A DNA stretch of 64,000 bases. Origin: Alphaproteobacteria bacterium. Its GTDB lineage: Bacteria > Pseudomonadota > Alphaproteobacteria > ATCC43930 > CGMCC-115725. The notes beneath the pieces were generated by a model, which worked only from the letters and a program-made list of their open reading frames with translations, did no database searches and was not told where the DNA came from. Positions 47,096 to 55,772 of the stretch are shown here, piece by piece. Location: the NCBI GenBank assembly GCA_019240125.1, contig JAFAYW010000339.1, positions 30,607-94,606 on the forward strand, written 5' to 3'. The translations under genes and the position numbers were made by a program. The first letter of the stretch is position 1. The number at the start of each line of letters is the position of its first letter.

Positions 47096-47904
47096 TGGAT
47101 ACGCTCAATCGCGGCAGCGCACCTTTTCCGCCGGCAATCTGGAGCGCGATCGATGAAGCGGCCGCCAATGGCGCCCGCGACCAGCTGACCGGGCGGCGCT
47201 TTCTCGAGCTAGAGGGGCCGTTCGGGGTCGGGTTGACCACCATCGAAGTCGGCAACGACGATTACTGCCGCCAGCCCGGACCCGACGAGGCCGGTGCCAT
47301 CCTCGGCCGCGCCATTCCCTTGCCCATGATCCGCAAGAGCTTCCGCCTCAGCATTCGGCGGGTTGCGGCGCATGTCGAGAATGGCCAGCCGCTCGACCTC
47401 AGCCCGGCACAGTCCGCCGCCGAGGCCGTCGCTGATCGCGAGGAAGAGCTGATCTATCAGGGCACGCCGAGTTTCGGCCTGCACGGCCTGCTGACGATCG
47501 ATGGCCACCAGGAGATCACCGGCGGCGATTGGACATCGCCGGAGCGCGCCTTGCAGGATGTCCTGGAAGCCGCGACCCAGCTTGACAATAGCGGCCTGCG
47601 CGGGCCGTACGCGCTGGCCTTGGCGCCGGCGCTCTACAACAATCTTTTTCGTCTGTTTCCCGGGACCGAAATCACCGGCGTCGAACACCTGCGGCGGCTG
47701 TGCACCGCCGGTATCTACAAGGCGCCGATCAAAGGTGGTGTGCTGGTCGATACTCGTGTCGGCACATTGGTCCTCGGGCAGGACCTGCAGGCGGGATACA
47801 GCAGCCAGGACGGGGTACACTACCACCTTTTCGTCAGCGAGAGCATTGTCTTGCGGATCGACGATCCAAAGGCGATCTGCGTGATTAAGGCCCCGAGCGC
47901 GTAA
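47095..47904 (+). CDS. Family 1 encapsulin nanocompartment shell protein (HK97 fold, 269 aa)
   Basis: MDTLNRGSAPFPPAIWSAIDEAAANGARDQLTGRRFLELEGPFG...IPLPMIRKSFRLSIR...REEELIYQG aligns by eye along its length with the T. maritima/R. rubrum encapsulin pattern. Confidence 0.93.
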   Translation: MDTLNRGSAPFPPAIWSAIDEAAANGARDQLTGRRFLELEGPFGVGLTTIEVGNDDYCRQPGPDEAGAILGRAIPLPMIRKSFRLSIRRVAAHVENGQPLDLSPAQSAAEAVADREEELIYQGTPSFGLHGLLTIDGHQEITGGDWTSPERALQDVLEAATQLDNSGLRGPYALALAPALYNNLFRLFPGTEITGVEHLRRLCTAGIYKAPIKGGVLVDTRVGTLVLGQDLQAGYSSQDGVHYHLFVSESIVLRIDDPKAICVIKAPSA

Positions 47905-47914
47905 AGCTCGGGGC
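47889..47914. terminator. Hairpin between convergent encapsulin and hydrolase genes (possible bidirectional terminator)
   Basis: 9-bp perfect stem gccccgagc (47890-47898) / gctcggggc (47906-47914). The 7-nt loop contains the encapsulin TAA. It is followed by a moderately T-rich tctctt. Confidence 0.45.
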
Positions 47915-47932
47915 TCTCTTCCCAGGGCCGGA

Positions 47933-49168
47933 CTAGCGGCGCCAGAGCCGGCTGGCGCCGTATCCGAGTAACGCGCCAGCTCCAATCCACAGCGCCAGCC
48001 TGCCGAACGAGTGGGTGTCACGTTGATCGGTCTCGATCGCCGTTGGGGTCTCCGGGTTGGTGTCACCGGACAGAATTCCCGCCTGCACTTCCGGCTCGGT
48101 TTCGCGGGTCGCCGCCGACGTGGTCGGCTGCGGCAGGGTGTCTTGTTCCATGACGGTAATCCCATACGATTTGTGTATGGAGCTTAACGCGACAGTCGCC
48201 GCGATAGTTCGCGTTCGGCGGGCACTGTTTCGCGCGTCAGCCGTCTGGGGCTGTGAAGCCGCGAGGCCCATCTGGTCCAGAACCGCGGCGCCGAGCAGCC
48301 CATGGGGATTGCACAACGTCTCTGGCAACTCGAGATGCGCGTAATCCGACCCGACCAGTAGATCCACCGGCTTCCCTGCTTCCCCAACAGCGGTGGCAAA
48401 GTCACGCGCCTGGCGCTGGAATTCCGGCGTCTCACGTGTCCCATACGCCACAATCAACGGCGCCGAGAGCCGCGCGATGTGCCGCTGCGGGCTGAGCGCC
48501 TGGACCATCTCATCGGTGAAGCTAACGTAGGATGAGCGGTGAGACAGCCGCACCGGGTGCAGATCGTACATGCCGCTGCTGACCATCCCGCCCTTGATGA
48601 CGTTAGCCGGGAGGTCGAATTTTCCCAGCCAATGAGTCGTCAACGCCACCGCCGCCAGGTGCGCGCCCGAGGAGTGGCCGCCGAGATACAGGCGATTGGA
48701 GTCGCCGCCGAAGCTCGCGGCATTGCGATAGACCCAGGCGATAGCGCGGCAGACCTGCTCCGCCATCGGGAACAGGCTGCCATCGGCATCCTGCACCGAC
48801 ACAAAATCTGGCACGATGTAATGCGCGCCGGCACGCACGAACATCTCGGCCGGCGCCGCGTAGGTTTTGGCAAGACCCGCGCGCCACGCCCCGCCATGGA
48901 TAAAGACAAAGATCGGGGCCGGCGACGCAGCCGACGCGGCGGTATGGAAGATGTCGAGCGCCTCGATTGTGCTCGGACCATAGGCGTGGCGCTCGGGTTG
49001 GCCGATCCGCGCGCGAGTGCGTTCACTGGCGCTGGCCCAGCGGTCGCGCAATTGCTGGATGTTCGGCTCGTACACCGTCTGGTCGTAGGCTGCGTCGAGC
49101 TCGGCCTGGGTATAGTCGAGGTAAACGCGCGGCTCGGTGCTGCGGAGCGCGGCCGCGGTCTCGTTCAT
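47933..49168 (-). CDS. Alpha/beta hydrolase (arylformamidase/esterase-like) with an unusual ~110-aa C-terminal extension ending in a hydrophobic anchor
   Basis: FVFIHGGAWRAG (HGG oxyanion motif) and the nucleophile elbow LGGHSSGAHL. The core ends near LLGAAVLDQMGL. The ORF then continues through a low-GC stretch into MEQDTLPQ...FGRLALWIGAGALLGYGASRLWRR. Confidence 0.85.
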   Translation of the reverse strand: MNETAAALRSTEPRVYLDYTQAELDAAYDQTVYEPNIQQLRDRWASASERTRARIGQPERHAYGPSTIEALDIFHTAASAASPAPIFVFIHGGAWRAGLAKTYAAPAEMFVRAGAHYIVPDFVSVQDADGSLFPMAEQVCRAIAWVYRNAASFGGDSNRLYLGGHSSGAHLAAVALTTHWLGKFDLPANVIKGGMVSSGMYDLHPVRLSHRSSYVSFTDEMVQALSPQRHIARLSAPLIVAYGTRETPEFQRQARDFATAVGEAGKPVDLLVGSDYAHLELPETLCNPHGLLGAAVLDQMGLAASQPQTADARNSARRTRTIAATVALSSIHKSYGITVMEQDTLPQPTTSAATRETEPEVQAGILSGDTNPETPTAIETDQRDTHSFGRLALWIGAGALLGYGASRLWRR

Positions 49169-49175
49169 CGCTGTT

Positions 49176-50240
49176 CTAGGCAGCCTTTGCCGTCGGGAAC
49201 AACGCGAAGCATTTGTCGGAGTTGAAGATGTAGCTCTCGACGTAATCGACGATCACCGGCTCGCGTTTGAGTGCATGCATTGCCCCGCCGAGGCACACCC
49301 AGTTGAGGAATTCCTGCTGCCCGGCATCCTCGATCTCGGCGGTCGTGAGATCGCGCCAGCGGGTCATCTTGCCGGAGCACAACTCGTCATACCGCGCCCG
49401 ATCGCCGGCATTATCGGGGTAGAGATAATGGTGCTTGGGCGTCAGAAACGCGTGCGACCAGCTCGACGAAGCGATCAGAGCGACCCGCCACGGGCTATCC
49501 GCCAGGATGCGCGCCACCGCGCCGCCGATGTCGAAACAGCGGCTCGGATTGGGGCCTGGCGGATCGATCAGGTTCGGATCGGCCTCGCCGGTCAGGTGTG
49601 CCGTGCTGCCCCGCTTGGCGATGACCGATGAGCCATAGCAGTTCACGTGGAACGGAACGACCGGATAGGGGAAACCCTTGCGGTCGTAATCGAGGTACAT
49701 AACGGTGTTGATAAAGGCGTGCGGCAATCCGTTTTCGTACCGCATACGGTAGGCGTAGCTGACGTCGTAATCCTGCTTGATCAATGTCGCCGCCAGTGTG
49801 GAGGCCGCGGTGTAGTGGCCCTGAGTGCGGATAATGGTATCCTTACCCTCCCCCCACACATTAGTCGCCCCCACGTTATAGCGGGCGAAGGGGCGCGATT
49901 CGATTTCCGGCTGCAGAAACACACAGAACGACGGGACCCCGTCCTCGCGGAAATTCTCGTACTGGTCGTCTCCCCAGATCAGCGCGAAATCCGGCGCGAA
50001 CGCATCGAGAGCCTCGCGCACCTGTCGGAACCCGGCGACCAGGCGGCGCCGGTGCTCGGCGGCGGCCGCCACCGGATCGGCCCATTCCTGGCGCATCGGC
50101 GCTGGCCAGCGAGCCGGGTTCTTGGCCTCGACCGGCACCTGCTCGCTATTCAGCGTACGTTCAAGCAATCCGGCCATCTGCTGGTCGGTCTGGATGAGTC
50201 CCGGGTAATGCGTGACCCCAATGCCGAGAATGTCGCCCAC
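49176..50240 (-). CDS. Class III extradiol ring-cleavage dioxygenase (LigB family)
   Basis: ILGIGVTHYPGL, IWGDDQYENF and SSSWSHAF are LigB/DODA-type patterns. It lies immediately upstream of the hydrolase gene on the same strand (7-nt gap). Confidence 0.75.
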   Translation of the reverse strand: MGDILGIGVTHYPGLIQTDQQMAGLLERTLNSEQVPVEAKNPARWPAPMRQEWADPVAAAAEHRRRLVAGFRQVREALDAFAPDFALIWGDDQYENFREDGVPSFCVFLQPEIESRPFARYNVGATNVWGEGKDTIIRTQGHYTAASTLAATLIKQDYDVSYAYRMRYENGLPHAFINTVMYLDYDRKGFPYPVVPFHVNCYGSSVIAKRGSTAHLTGEADPNLIDPPGPNPSRCFDIGGAVARILADSPWRVALIASSSWSHAFLTPKHHYLYPDNAGDRARYDELCSGKMTRWRDLTTAEIEDAGQQEFLNWVCLGGAMHALKREPVIVDYVESYIFNSDKCFALFPTAKAA

Positions 50241-50539
50241 TGCGTCCTCCCTCGATGGGTTTGTGCCAGTCTAGCACAATCACCGCCGCGCGTCGCAGCC
50301 CTCAACGAGAGGCTGCGCCGAGGGCAAAAACGATCGAGACATAGCGGCAATGCAGCGGGTGCTGCCATCATCACGCTGCCTGGGGTGGCTATAACCCCCG
50401 GAATTTGCTTTGTTGGCGGCCGGAACAAGACTGCTGAACAAAGACCGAAAGCTGATAGTCGACCCAGACCAAGTCCGGGGGGAACCGCCATCCTGAGCTG
50501 TGCACGCGGTGCACCTAGGCAGAACAGAAGGAATGCGAG

Positions 50540-51124
50540 ATGGACCGAGGGTTATTGTTGAACGAAGCCGATTGGCGGATGCCGATCGATCAGGCGGCCG
50601 GCGCCAAACACTTCCCGATTGGACAGTCCGGCGCGGTCATCGCTGTCTATCCCTACCACCATGCGGAGCGCCCGCATGCCGGCGGCGGCCATTGGGGCAT
50701 GCTGCTGGTGGATGGGTTTCCCTACATTGTCACGACCCGGCACATCTTCTTCACGACGCCGGAGAAAGTCGGCAACGAAGGCCCGGGCAAGAAATTCTAC
50801 CACGACCACCTCAGGCCGCAGCAGATCGTGACCACACCGTTCGAGCATCCGATCCTGTTGTCAGAGGTCGAGGGATGGACCGAGCTCGACTACCTGGTCA
50901 ACGGCTTCAACGACGCGCATCGCTTGAAATCGCTCCTCTGCATGGACGGTCACTGGGAAGTCGCAAAGTCGATAGAGCAGCACGACGTCGACGAAGTCAT
51001 ACGGAAAATCCGCGCGTTTGTGCCATCCGAGGAGGGCCGGGCTTCGGCGATGGCCAACGAGGCACCGCCCTACTGGCTCAAGGTACTCGACAGTCACCGG
51101 CACGCCACGGCGCTGGCGGCCTGA
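50540..51124 (+). CDS. Hypothetical protein (194 aa), no recognised family
   Basis: ORF track 50540..51124 with AAGGAA about 10 nt upstream. Balanced amino-acid composition, unlike the overlapping Arg-rich frames. A strong intrinsic terminator follows 30 nt downstream. Confidence 0.6.
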   Translation: MDRGLLLNEADWRMPIDQAAGAKHFPIGQSGAVIAVYPYHHAERPHAGGGHWGMLLVDGFPYIVTTRHIFFTTPEKVGNEGPGKKFYHDHLRPQQIVTTPFEHPILLSEVEGWTELDYLVNGFNDAHRLKSLLCMDGHWEVAKSIEQHDVDEVIRKIRAFVPSEEGRASAMANEAPPYWLKVLDSHRHATALAA

Positions 51125-51153
51125 CACCGCGGCGGAGCGTCGATCATCGTAAC

Positions 51154-51183
51154 GGCCGGCGGTACCCTCCGCCGGCCTTTTTT
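51154..51183 (+). terminator. Rho-independent terminator
   Basis: Perfect 9-bp GC stem ggccggcgg (51154-51162) / ccgccggcc (51169-51177), 6-nt loop taccct, then tttttt (51178-51183). Confidence 0.8.
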
Positions 51184-51303
51184 ATGACCGCGATCGCCAC
51201 CTGGCCGTTCGGCGCCGGACGGACCCGTCCAAACTGACGCATGCCATACGCGGAACTTTGCTGCGGTCCAGCGGTACATGGGACGGTTGGGTAAGAGGCT
51301 GTA

Positions 51304-52680
51304 ATGCCGAACATTGAGCATGTCGTCGTCCTGATGCTCGAGAACCGCTCGTTCGACTGCATGCTCGGCAGTCTGTATCCAAAGAGCGATCGCTTCGACG
51401 GGCTTGACGGCAGCGAATGGAATCCGTGGCACCGGTCGGATGGCGGGATCGAAAAAATTTCCGTCTGGAACAGCCCTGACCTCACCCCCGCGGCGGTCTG
51501 CATCCCGGATCCCGATCCCGGTGAGCTGTTTACCGACATGACCACACAGCTGTTCGGTGACACGACGACGCCCTGCGGCATCCCGCCGATGACAGGCTTT
51601 GTCGACAACTACATGAACCAGCCGGCCGCGCAGCGCCCCTACGATCCGCGCGCGGTGATGCATTATTTCACACCGGACCAGATCCCCGTCATGACTGAGC
51701 TGGCGCATGCCTTTGGCGTCTCGGACCGCTGGCATGCCTCGGCGCCGTGCGAGACCTGGCCGAACCGCTATTTCGCGCATTGCGGCACGAGCGGGGGCTG
51801 GGTGAACAACGAACGCTCGCGCTTTCCGCATCGCTGGCCGCGAACGATGCCGACAATTTTCCGGCGTCTGGATCGCGCCGGCTATCGCTGGAAGGTATAT
51901 TTCCACGACGTGCCGCAAGCCGGGACCTTGCTCGACCTCTGGCTCAAGGTTCCGACGAACTTCTGTTTCTACGACGCGGAATTCCGCCGCGACGCGCGTT
52001 GCGGCCGGTTGCCGCATTACAGCTTTATCGAACCGCGCTACTACGCCAACATCGTCACCAAGAAGCTCCCGAACGACCAGCATCCGCCGCACAATCTGGT
52101 TTATGGCGAGCAGCTGATCGCCTCCGTGTACAACGCGCTGCGCAACAGCCCGTGCTGGGAGCGCTCGTTGCTGGTCATCACCTATGATGAGCATGGCGGC
52201 TGTTACGACCATGTGCCGCCGCCGATCGCCGTAGCACCGGGCGGGCCGTACCCGGACAACTTCAAATTCGACCGCTACGGCGTACGCGTACCCGCGCTGA
52301 TCATCTCGCCCTATGTCGCGCCGGGCAGCATTATTCGCCCGCCGGCGGGCGCAGCACATCCGTTCGACCATGCGTCGATCCCCGCGACCCTGCACAAATT
52401 GTTCGATCTCGGCGCGCCGATGACGGAGCGCGTCGCTGCGGCCCCTGATCTTCTCTGCGCCCTCAACCTGCCGGATCCGGGCAATCCCGGCCCGGCGCAT
52501 GTCGAGGCGACGCCGCATCGGGCGCATCGTTCCGAGATCCGGGCGCACCGGCGGCGCCCGCGCAATCGCCACCAGCGCATGCTGCGCAGCGCCAGCGTCG
52601 CGGTCCCCGGTGTTGTCGCGAGCTTTACCGCCTCGATCCGGAGTATCGGAACCCGTTTGCATCCGCATGGGCATCGCTGA
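51304..52680 (+). CDS. Phosphoesterase-family protein (phospholipase C / acid phosphatase AcpA-like), no signal peptide
   Basis: MPNIEHVVVLMLENRSFDCMLG, TWPNRYF, ITYDEHGGCYDHVPPP and GVRVPALIISPY are hallmark motifs of the phosphoesterase (PLC/AcpA) family. Confidence 0.85.
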   Translation: MPNIEHVVVLMLENRSFDCMLGSLYPKSDRFDGLDGSEWNPWHRSDGGIEKISVWNSPDLTPAAVCIPDPDPGELFTDMTTQLFGDTTTPCGIPPMTGFVDNYMNQPAAQRPYDPRAVMHYFTPDQIPVMTELAHAFGVSDRWHASAPCETWPNRYFAHCGTSGGWVNNERSRFPHRWPRTMPTIFRRLDRAGYRWKVYFHDVPQAGTLLDLWLKVPTNFCFYDAEFRRDARCGRLPHYSFIEPRYYANIVTKKLPNDQHPPHNLVYGEQLIASVYNALRNSPCWERSLLVITYDEHGGCYDHVPPPIAVAPGGPYPDNFKFDRYGVRVPALIISPYVAPGSIIRPPAGAAHPFDHASIPATLHKLFDLGAPMTERVAAAPDLLCALNLPDPGNPGPAHVEATPHRAHRSEIRAHRRRPRNRHQRMLRSASVAVPGVVASFTASIRSIGTRLHPHGHR

Positions 52681-52766
52681 GGGCCGGGGATTGCCTGCGT
52701 CGCCGCTCTTACCTCACCGTCCTGTAATGCTATACCAACCCCTGGGCGAACCGGCGAGACGAACTC

Positions 52767-53201
52767 ATGATGGGTCACGACACAAGGGATTTGCGCGACA
52801 GTACGCTGTGCACATGGTTCGCCTTCTGGGCGCAGTTTGTCGTGCTGGGAGCGGCGGCAGTGCTCGGGGCCGGCTTTGCCGGTGCGGATATCGAGCCGGG
52901 CGATCAGACCTGTGGCCTGATCCTGATCGTATCCGCGTGCCTGTTGATGTTTCTGCGCCTCAAGGCCTGGTTCGACACCGGCACGACGGGATGGAGCGGC
53001 AGCTTGCTGGTTGCTGATATGGCCAATCTTGTCGCGGTCACCGTGGTTTTCATCGGACTCGCTCTTGCCGGCATCGTGATCGGCGCTTCGGTGTCGCATG
53101 GCGGCCTGCACAGCGCCGGCGTCGCTCTCGTCCTGACCAGTGCGCTGGGCATCTTTCTCAGCCTGAAGAACGTGTTCGACATCCGCGAGCGCCACATCTA
53201 G
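52767..53201 (+). CDS. Four-TM membrane protein, hypothetical
   Basis: ORF track 52767..53201 with four hydrophobic helices (WFAFWAQFVVLGAAAVLGAGFAG; CGLILIVSACLLMFL; VADMANLVAVTVVFIGLALAGIVIG; GVALVLTSALGIFL). Confidence 0.6.
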   Translation: MMGHDTRDLRDSTLCTWFAFWAQFVVLGAAAVLGAGFAGADIEPGDQTCGLILIVSACLLMFLRLKAWFDTGTTGWSGSLLVADMANLVAVTVVFIGLALAGIVIGASVSHGGLHSAGVALVLTSALGIFLSLKNVFDIRERHI

Positions 53202-53215
53202 CACCGCATAAAGAG

Positions 53216-54067
53216 ATGGATCGCCATCCGACAGTCCTGTCGGTTCAGTCGCGCGTTTCCTACGGCCATGTCGGGAATGCCGCTTCGGTATTTCCGCTGC
53301 AGCGGCTCGGCTGCGAGGCCTGGGCGCTCGACACCGTGGCTTTTTCCAACCACACCGGGCATGGCCGGTGGCGCGGATCGGTGGTACCCGCGGCGCAATT
53401 GGCCGAATTGTTCGATGGCATCGCCGCACTTGGTGTTCTGCCCGATGTGGATGCAGTGCTGTCGGGCTATCTCGGCGATGCCGCCACCGGGCCGGTGCTT
53501 CTCGACATCGTGGCACAGGTGCGCGCGGCAAACCCCGAGGCGCTGTTTTGCTGCGACCCGGTCATCGGCGATATCGACAGCGGCTCGTATGTGACCGATG
53601 GCATCGCCGAATTTTTCCGGGATACGGCGCTCGTTGCGGCCGATATCGTGACCCCGAATCGGTTTGAGTTGGAGTACCTGACGGGACGCTCCATCACATC
53701 AGTGGCTGACGCCGCTGCGGCGGCGGCGGCGCTGCGCGATGCCGGACCGAGCATCGTGCTGCTGACCAGCCTCGACACCGCGGGTGACAGCCTGACGATG
53801 CTCGCGGCGGGGCCGGATGGCGCCTGGGCCGTGGAGACGCCGCGTCTCCCGGTCACGCTCAATGGCTGCGGCGATGTGACGGCCGCGCTGTTTCTCGCGC
53901 ATCTGTTGCTGGGTGCGCGCCTCGATGACGCGCTCTCGCTCACCGCCTCGGCGATCTTCGCGGTGATCGAAACAACCCAGGCGCTCGGCCGTTATGAGCT
54001 GGCGCTGGTCGCTGCTCAAGACGAGCTCGTCGCACCGCAGCGGCGCTTTGTGGCGCATCCCGTCTGA
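53216..54067 (+). CDS. pdxY: Pyridoxal kinase PdxY
   Basis: VLSVQSRVSYGHVGNAASVFPLQRLG...NTVAFSNHTGHG.W.G...DAVLSGYLG...CDPVIGD parallels E. coli PdxY almost motif for motif. Confidence 0.93.
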   Translation: MDRHPTVLSVQSRVSYGHVGNAASVFPLQRLGCEAWALDTVAFSNHTGHGRWRGSVVPAAQLAELFDGIAALGVLPDVDAVLSGYLGDAATGPVLLDIVAQVRAANPEALFCCDPVIGDIDSGSYVTDGIAEFFRDTALVAADIVTPNRFELEYLTGRSITSVADAAAAAAALRDAGPSIVLLTSLDTAGDSLTMLAAGPDGAWAVETPRLPVTLNGCGDVTAALFLAHLLLGARLDDALSLTASAIFAVIETTQALGRYELALVAAQDELVAPQRRFVAHPV

Positions 54068-54188
54068 CGCCGCGGGTCACCCACCGACACATCTCTCGCC
54101 GCTTTCGCTCGACAACGGGTCCGGCTCGATGATAGTGCCCGCCGCTTGGCCGCGTGCCGGCCCCCCAGAGAGGAACCACCCCCGCCCC

Positions 54189-55490
54189 ATGAGCCGGCGC
54201 ATTTATTTCGATGGTTTGAACCTGTCGCTCGAGCGCGGCACCGGCATCGCGACCTACACGCGGATGCTGGCCAATGTGGCGCGCGAGATCGGCTATGAGA
54301 TCGGCGTCGTCTACAGCTCGCAGCAGCGTCCGGCGAAAAATCCGCTGTTGCGCGAGATCTCGTTCTTCGACACTCGCGAGGCGACCCACATCCCTTACCG
54401 CAAGGAGGTGATGAACGCCGTCGCTGACCAGTTTCGCCTGCCACTTGGGGTTCAGCCGACGCCGGTCAGTCTCAGCGGCACCGTCATCACCGATCACTTT
54501 CAAGGCCGCTTGCCGCTGCACGACCGTGTCTATGTGACGCGAAACCTGTTTTCCAATGCGCGCCGCTACTATGGCTGGAGCGGCCGTTTTGCCGAGCTCA
54601 TGTTCGAGCAGGCGCCCGATATCATGCACTGCACCTACCAGATGCCGCTGCGGGCGAAAGCAGCATGCAACATCTATACGATCCACGACCTCGTGCCATT
54701 GCGGCTGCCCTACACGACGCTCGACAACAAGCGGCAGACGTACAAATTGCTGCGCAAGATCGCCGCCGAGGCCGACCACATCGTAACGGTTTCCGAAAAC
54801 TCGCGGCAGGACATCATGCAGCTGCTCGGGGTCGAGGAGTCGCGCATCACCAATACCTATGAGGCCGTCGAGTTTCCGAAGTCTCTGGTCGAGCGCACAG
54901 ATGACGAGATCGCCGAGCAGCTGGCCGGATCGCACCGGCTGGGGTTTCGCGATTACCTGCTGTTCTACGGCGCGCTGGAGCCAAAGAAAAATGTCTCCCG
55001 GCTGATCGATGCCTACATGCTCTCCGCCGTCGATATTCCGCTGGTGATCACCGGTGCGGGGGGCTGGGGCAATCGCACCGAGTCTAAACGGTTGGAGGAG
55101 CTGGGTGCCGAAGGCCGCGCCGACGGAAAGCGCCGTGTCTACCATTTCGAGTACGCCAGCCTGCCGATGCTGGTGACGTTGATCCGCGGCGCGCGCGCCG
55201 TCCTGTTTCCGTCGCTTTACGAAGGGTTCGGGCTGCCGGTCCTCGAGGCGATGCAGCTCAACACGCCAGTCGTGACCTCCAAAGTGTCTTCACTTCCAGA
55301 GATTGCTGGCGACGCCGCACTCTATGTCAATCCGTACGATGTCGCCGACATCGCGCGCGCCATCAAAACAATTTCTGCCGATGACGGCTTGCGTGCCGAT
55401 CTGGTGCGCCGCGGCCACGATCAAGCCGAGCTTTTCTCGTTCGCGCGGTATCGCGAACGGATCACCGACCTGTATCGTCGGCTGAGCTGA
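54189..55490 (+). CDS. Family 1 (GT4-type) glycosyltransferase
   Basis: The internal ATG at 54189 (MSRRIYFDGLNL..RGTGIATY) is preferred. The C-terminal half has FPSLYEGFGLPVLEAMQ, the E-x7-E motif of GT-B retaining transferases. Confidence 0.9.
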   Translation: MSRRIYFDGLNLSLERGTGIATYTRMLANVAREIGYEIGVVYSSQQRPAKNPLLREISFFDTREATHIPYRKEVMNAVADQFRLPLGVQPTPVSLSGTVITDHFQGRLPLHDRVYVTRNLFSNARRYYGWSGRFAELMFEQAPDIMHCTYQMPLRAKAACNIYTIHDLVPLRLPYTTLDNKRQTYKLLRKIAAEADHIVTVSENSRQDIMQLLGVEESRITNTYEAVEFPKSLVERTDDEIAEQLAGSHRLGFRDYLLFYGALEPKKNVSRLIDAYMLSAVDIPLVITGAGGWGNRTESKRLEELGAEGRADGKRRVYHFEYASLPMLVTLIRGARAVLFPSLYEGFGLPVLEAMQLNTPVVTSKVSSLPEIAGDAALYVNPYDVADIARAIKTISADDGLRADLVRRGHDQAELFSFARYRERITDLYRRLS

Positions 55491-55585
55491 CACAACACGA
55501 TATCCCGCTTGCAGCAAAACCCGGCTGCGGTGGCGCTAAGCGGTAGTCACTGGTAACGTTTTTAAGCTTTTCGTGTTTACCAAAC

Positions 55586-55621
55586 AAAAAAAGGCTGGCA
55601 TCGGAGACCGAATACCAGCCT
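55586..55621 (-). terminator. Rho-independent terminator on the minus strand
   Basis: The minus-strand RNA reads aggcugguauucggucuccgaugccagccu followed by uuuuuu(u). The outer stem is 7 bp (55592-55598 / 55615-55621) and the inner stem is 4 bp. The T-tract corresponds to the A-run at 55586-55591. Confidence 0.7.
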
Positions 55622-55700
55622 AGTTTACTGCGAGCGCGCGAGCGGGCAATCCCGGGGAAAGGGTCGCAACCCCCCGGACCCACTCGCCCGCATAGACAGC
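55586..55700 (-). ncRNA. Candidate small RNA (~110 nt) or structured 3-prime UTR of the lipocalin-like gene
   Basis: Minus-strand promoter-like TTTACA (55734-55729), a 17-nt spacer, GAAAAT (55711-55706). A long imperfect GC hairpin follows (GCGGGC..UCCGGGG..GGUUGCGACC..CCCCGGGA..GCCCGC), then a single-stranded stretch and the strong terminator. No ORF. Confidence 0.25.
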
Positions 55701-55772
55701 CCTGTATTTTCGCGGGTCATCCAGCGGATGTAAAGCCCGCCGGATGCATTACCTCGTACAGACGAGCGCACA

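Noticed and set aside
47209-48165. 318-aa minus-strand ORF overlapping the encapsulin gene
   Set aside because: It is antisense to the encapsulin shell gene, which aligns along its full length with the family pattern.
51094-52674. 526-aa ORF on the minus strand
   Set aside because: It is entirely antisense to the well-supported phosphoesterase gene (51304..52680). Its composition is Arg/Ala/Gly-rich with no motifs, typical of a GC-driven shadow ORF.
53940-55145. 401-aa minus-strand ORF
   Set aside because: It is antisense to the GT4-type glycosyltransferase (E-x7-E motif present on the plus strand), with shadow-ORF composition.
55631-55690. Possible SRP (4.5S) RNA because of the CCGGGGAAAGGG...CCCCGG hairpin
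   Set aside because: The conserved SRP helix-8 sequence (GGUCCGGAAGGAAGCAGCC-like with a GNRA tetraloop) is absent. The region is kept only as part of a generic sRNA candidate.
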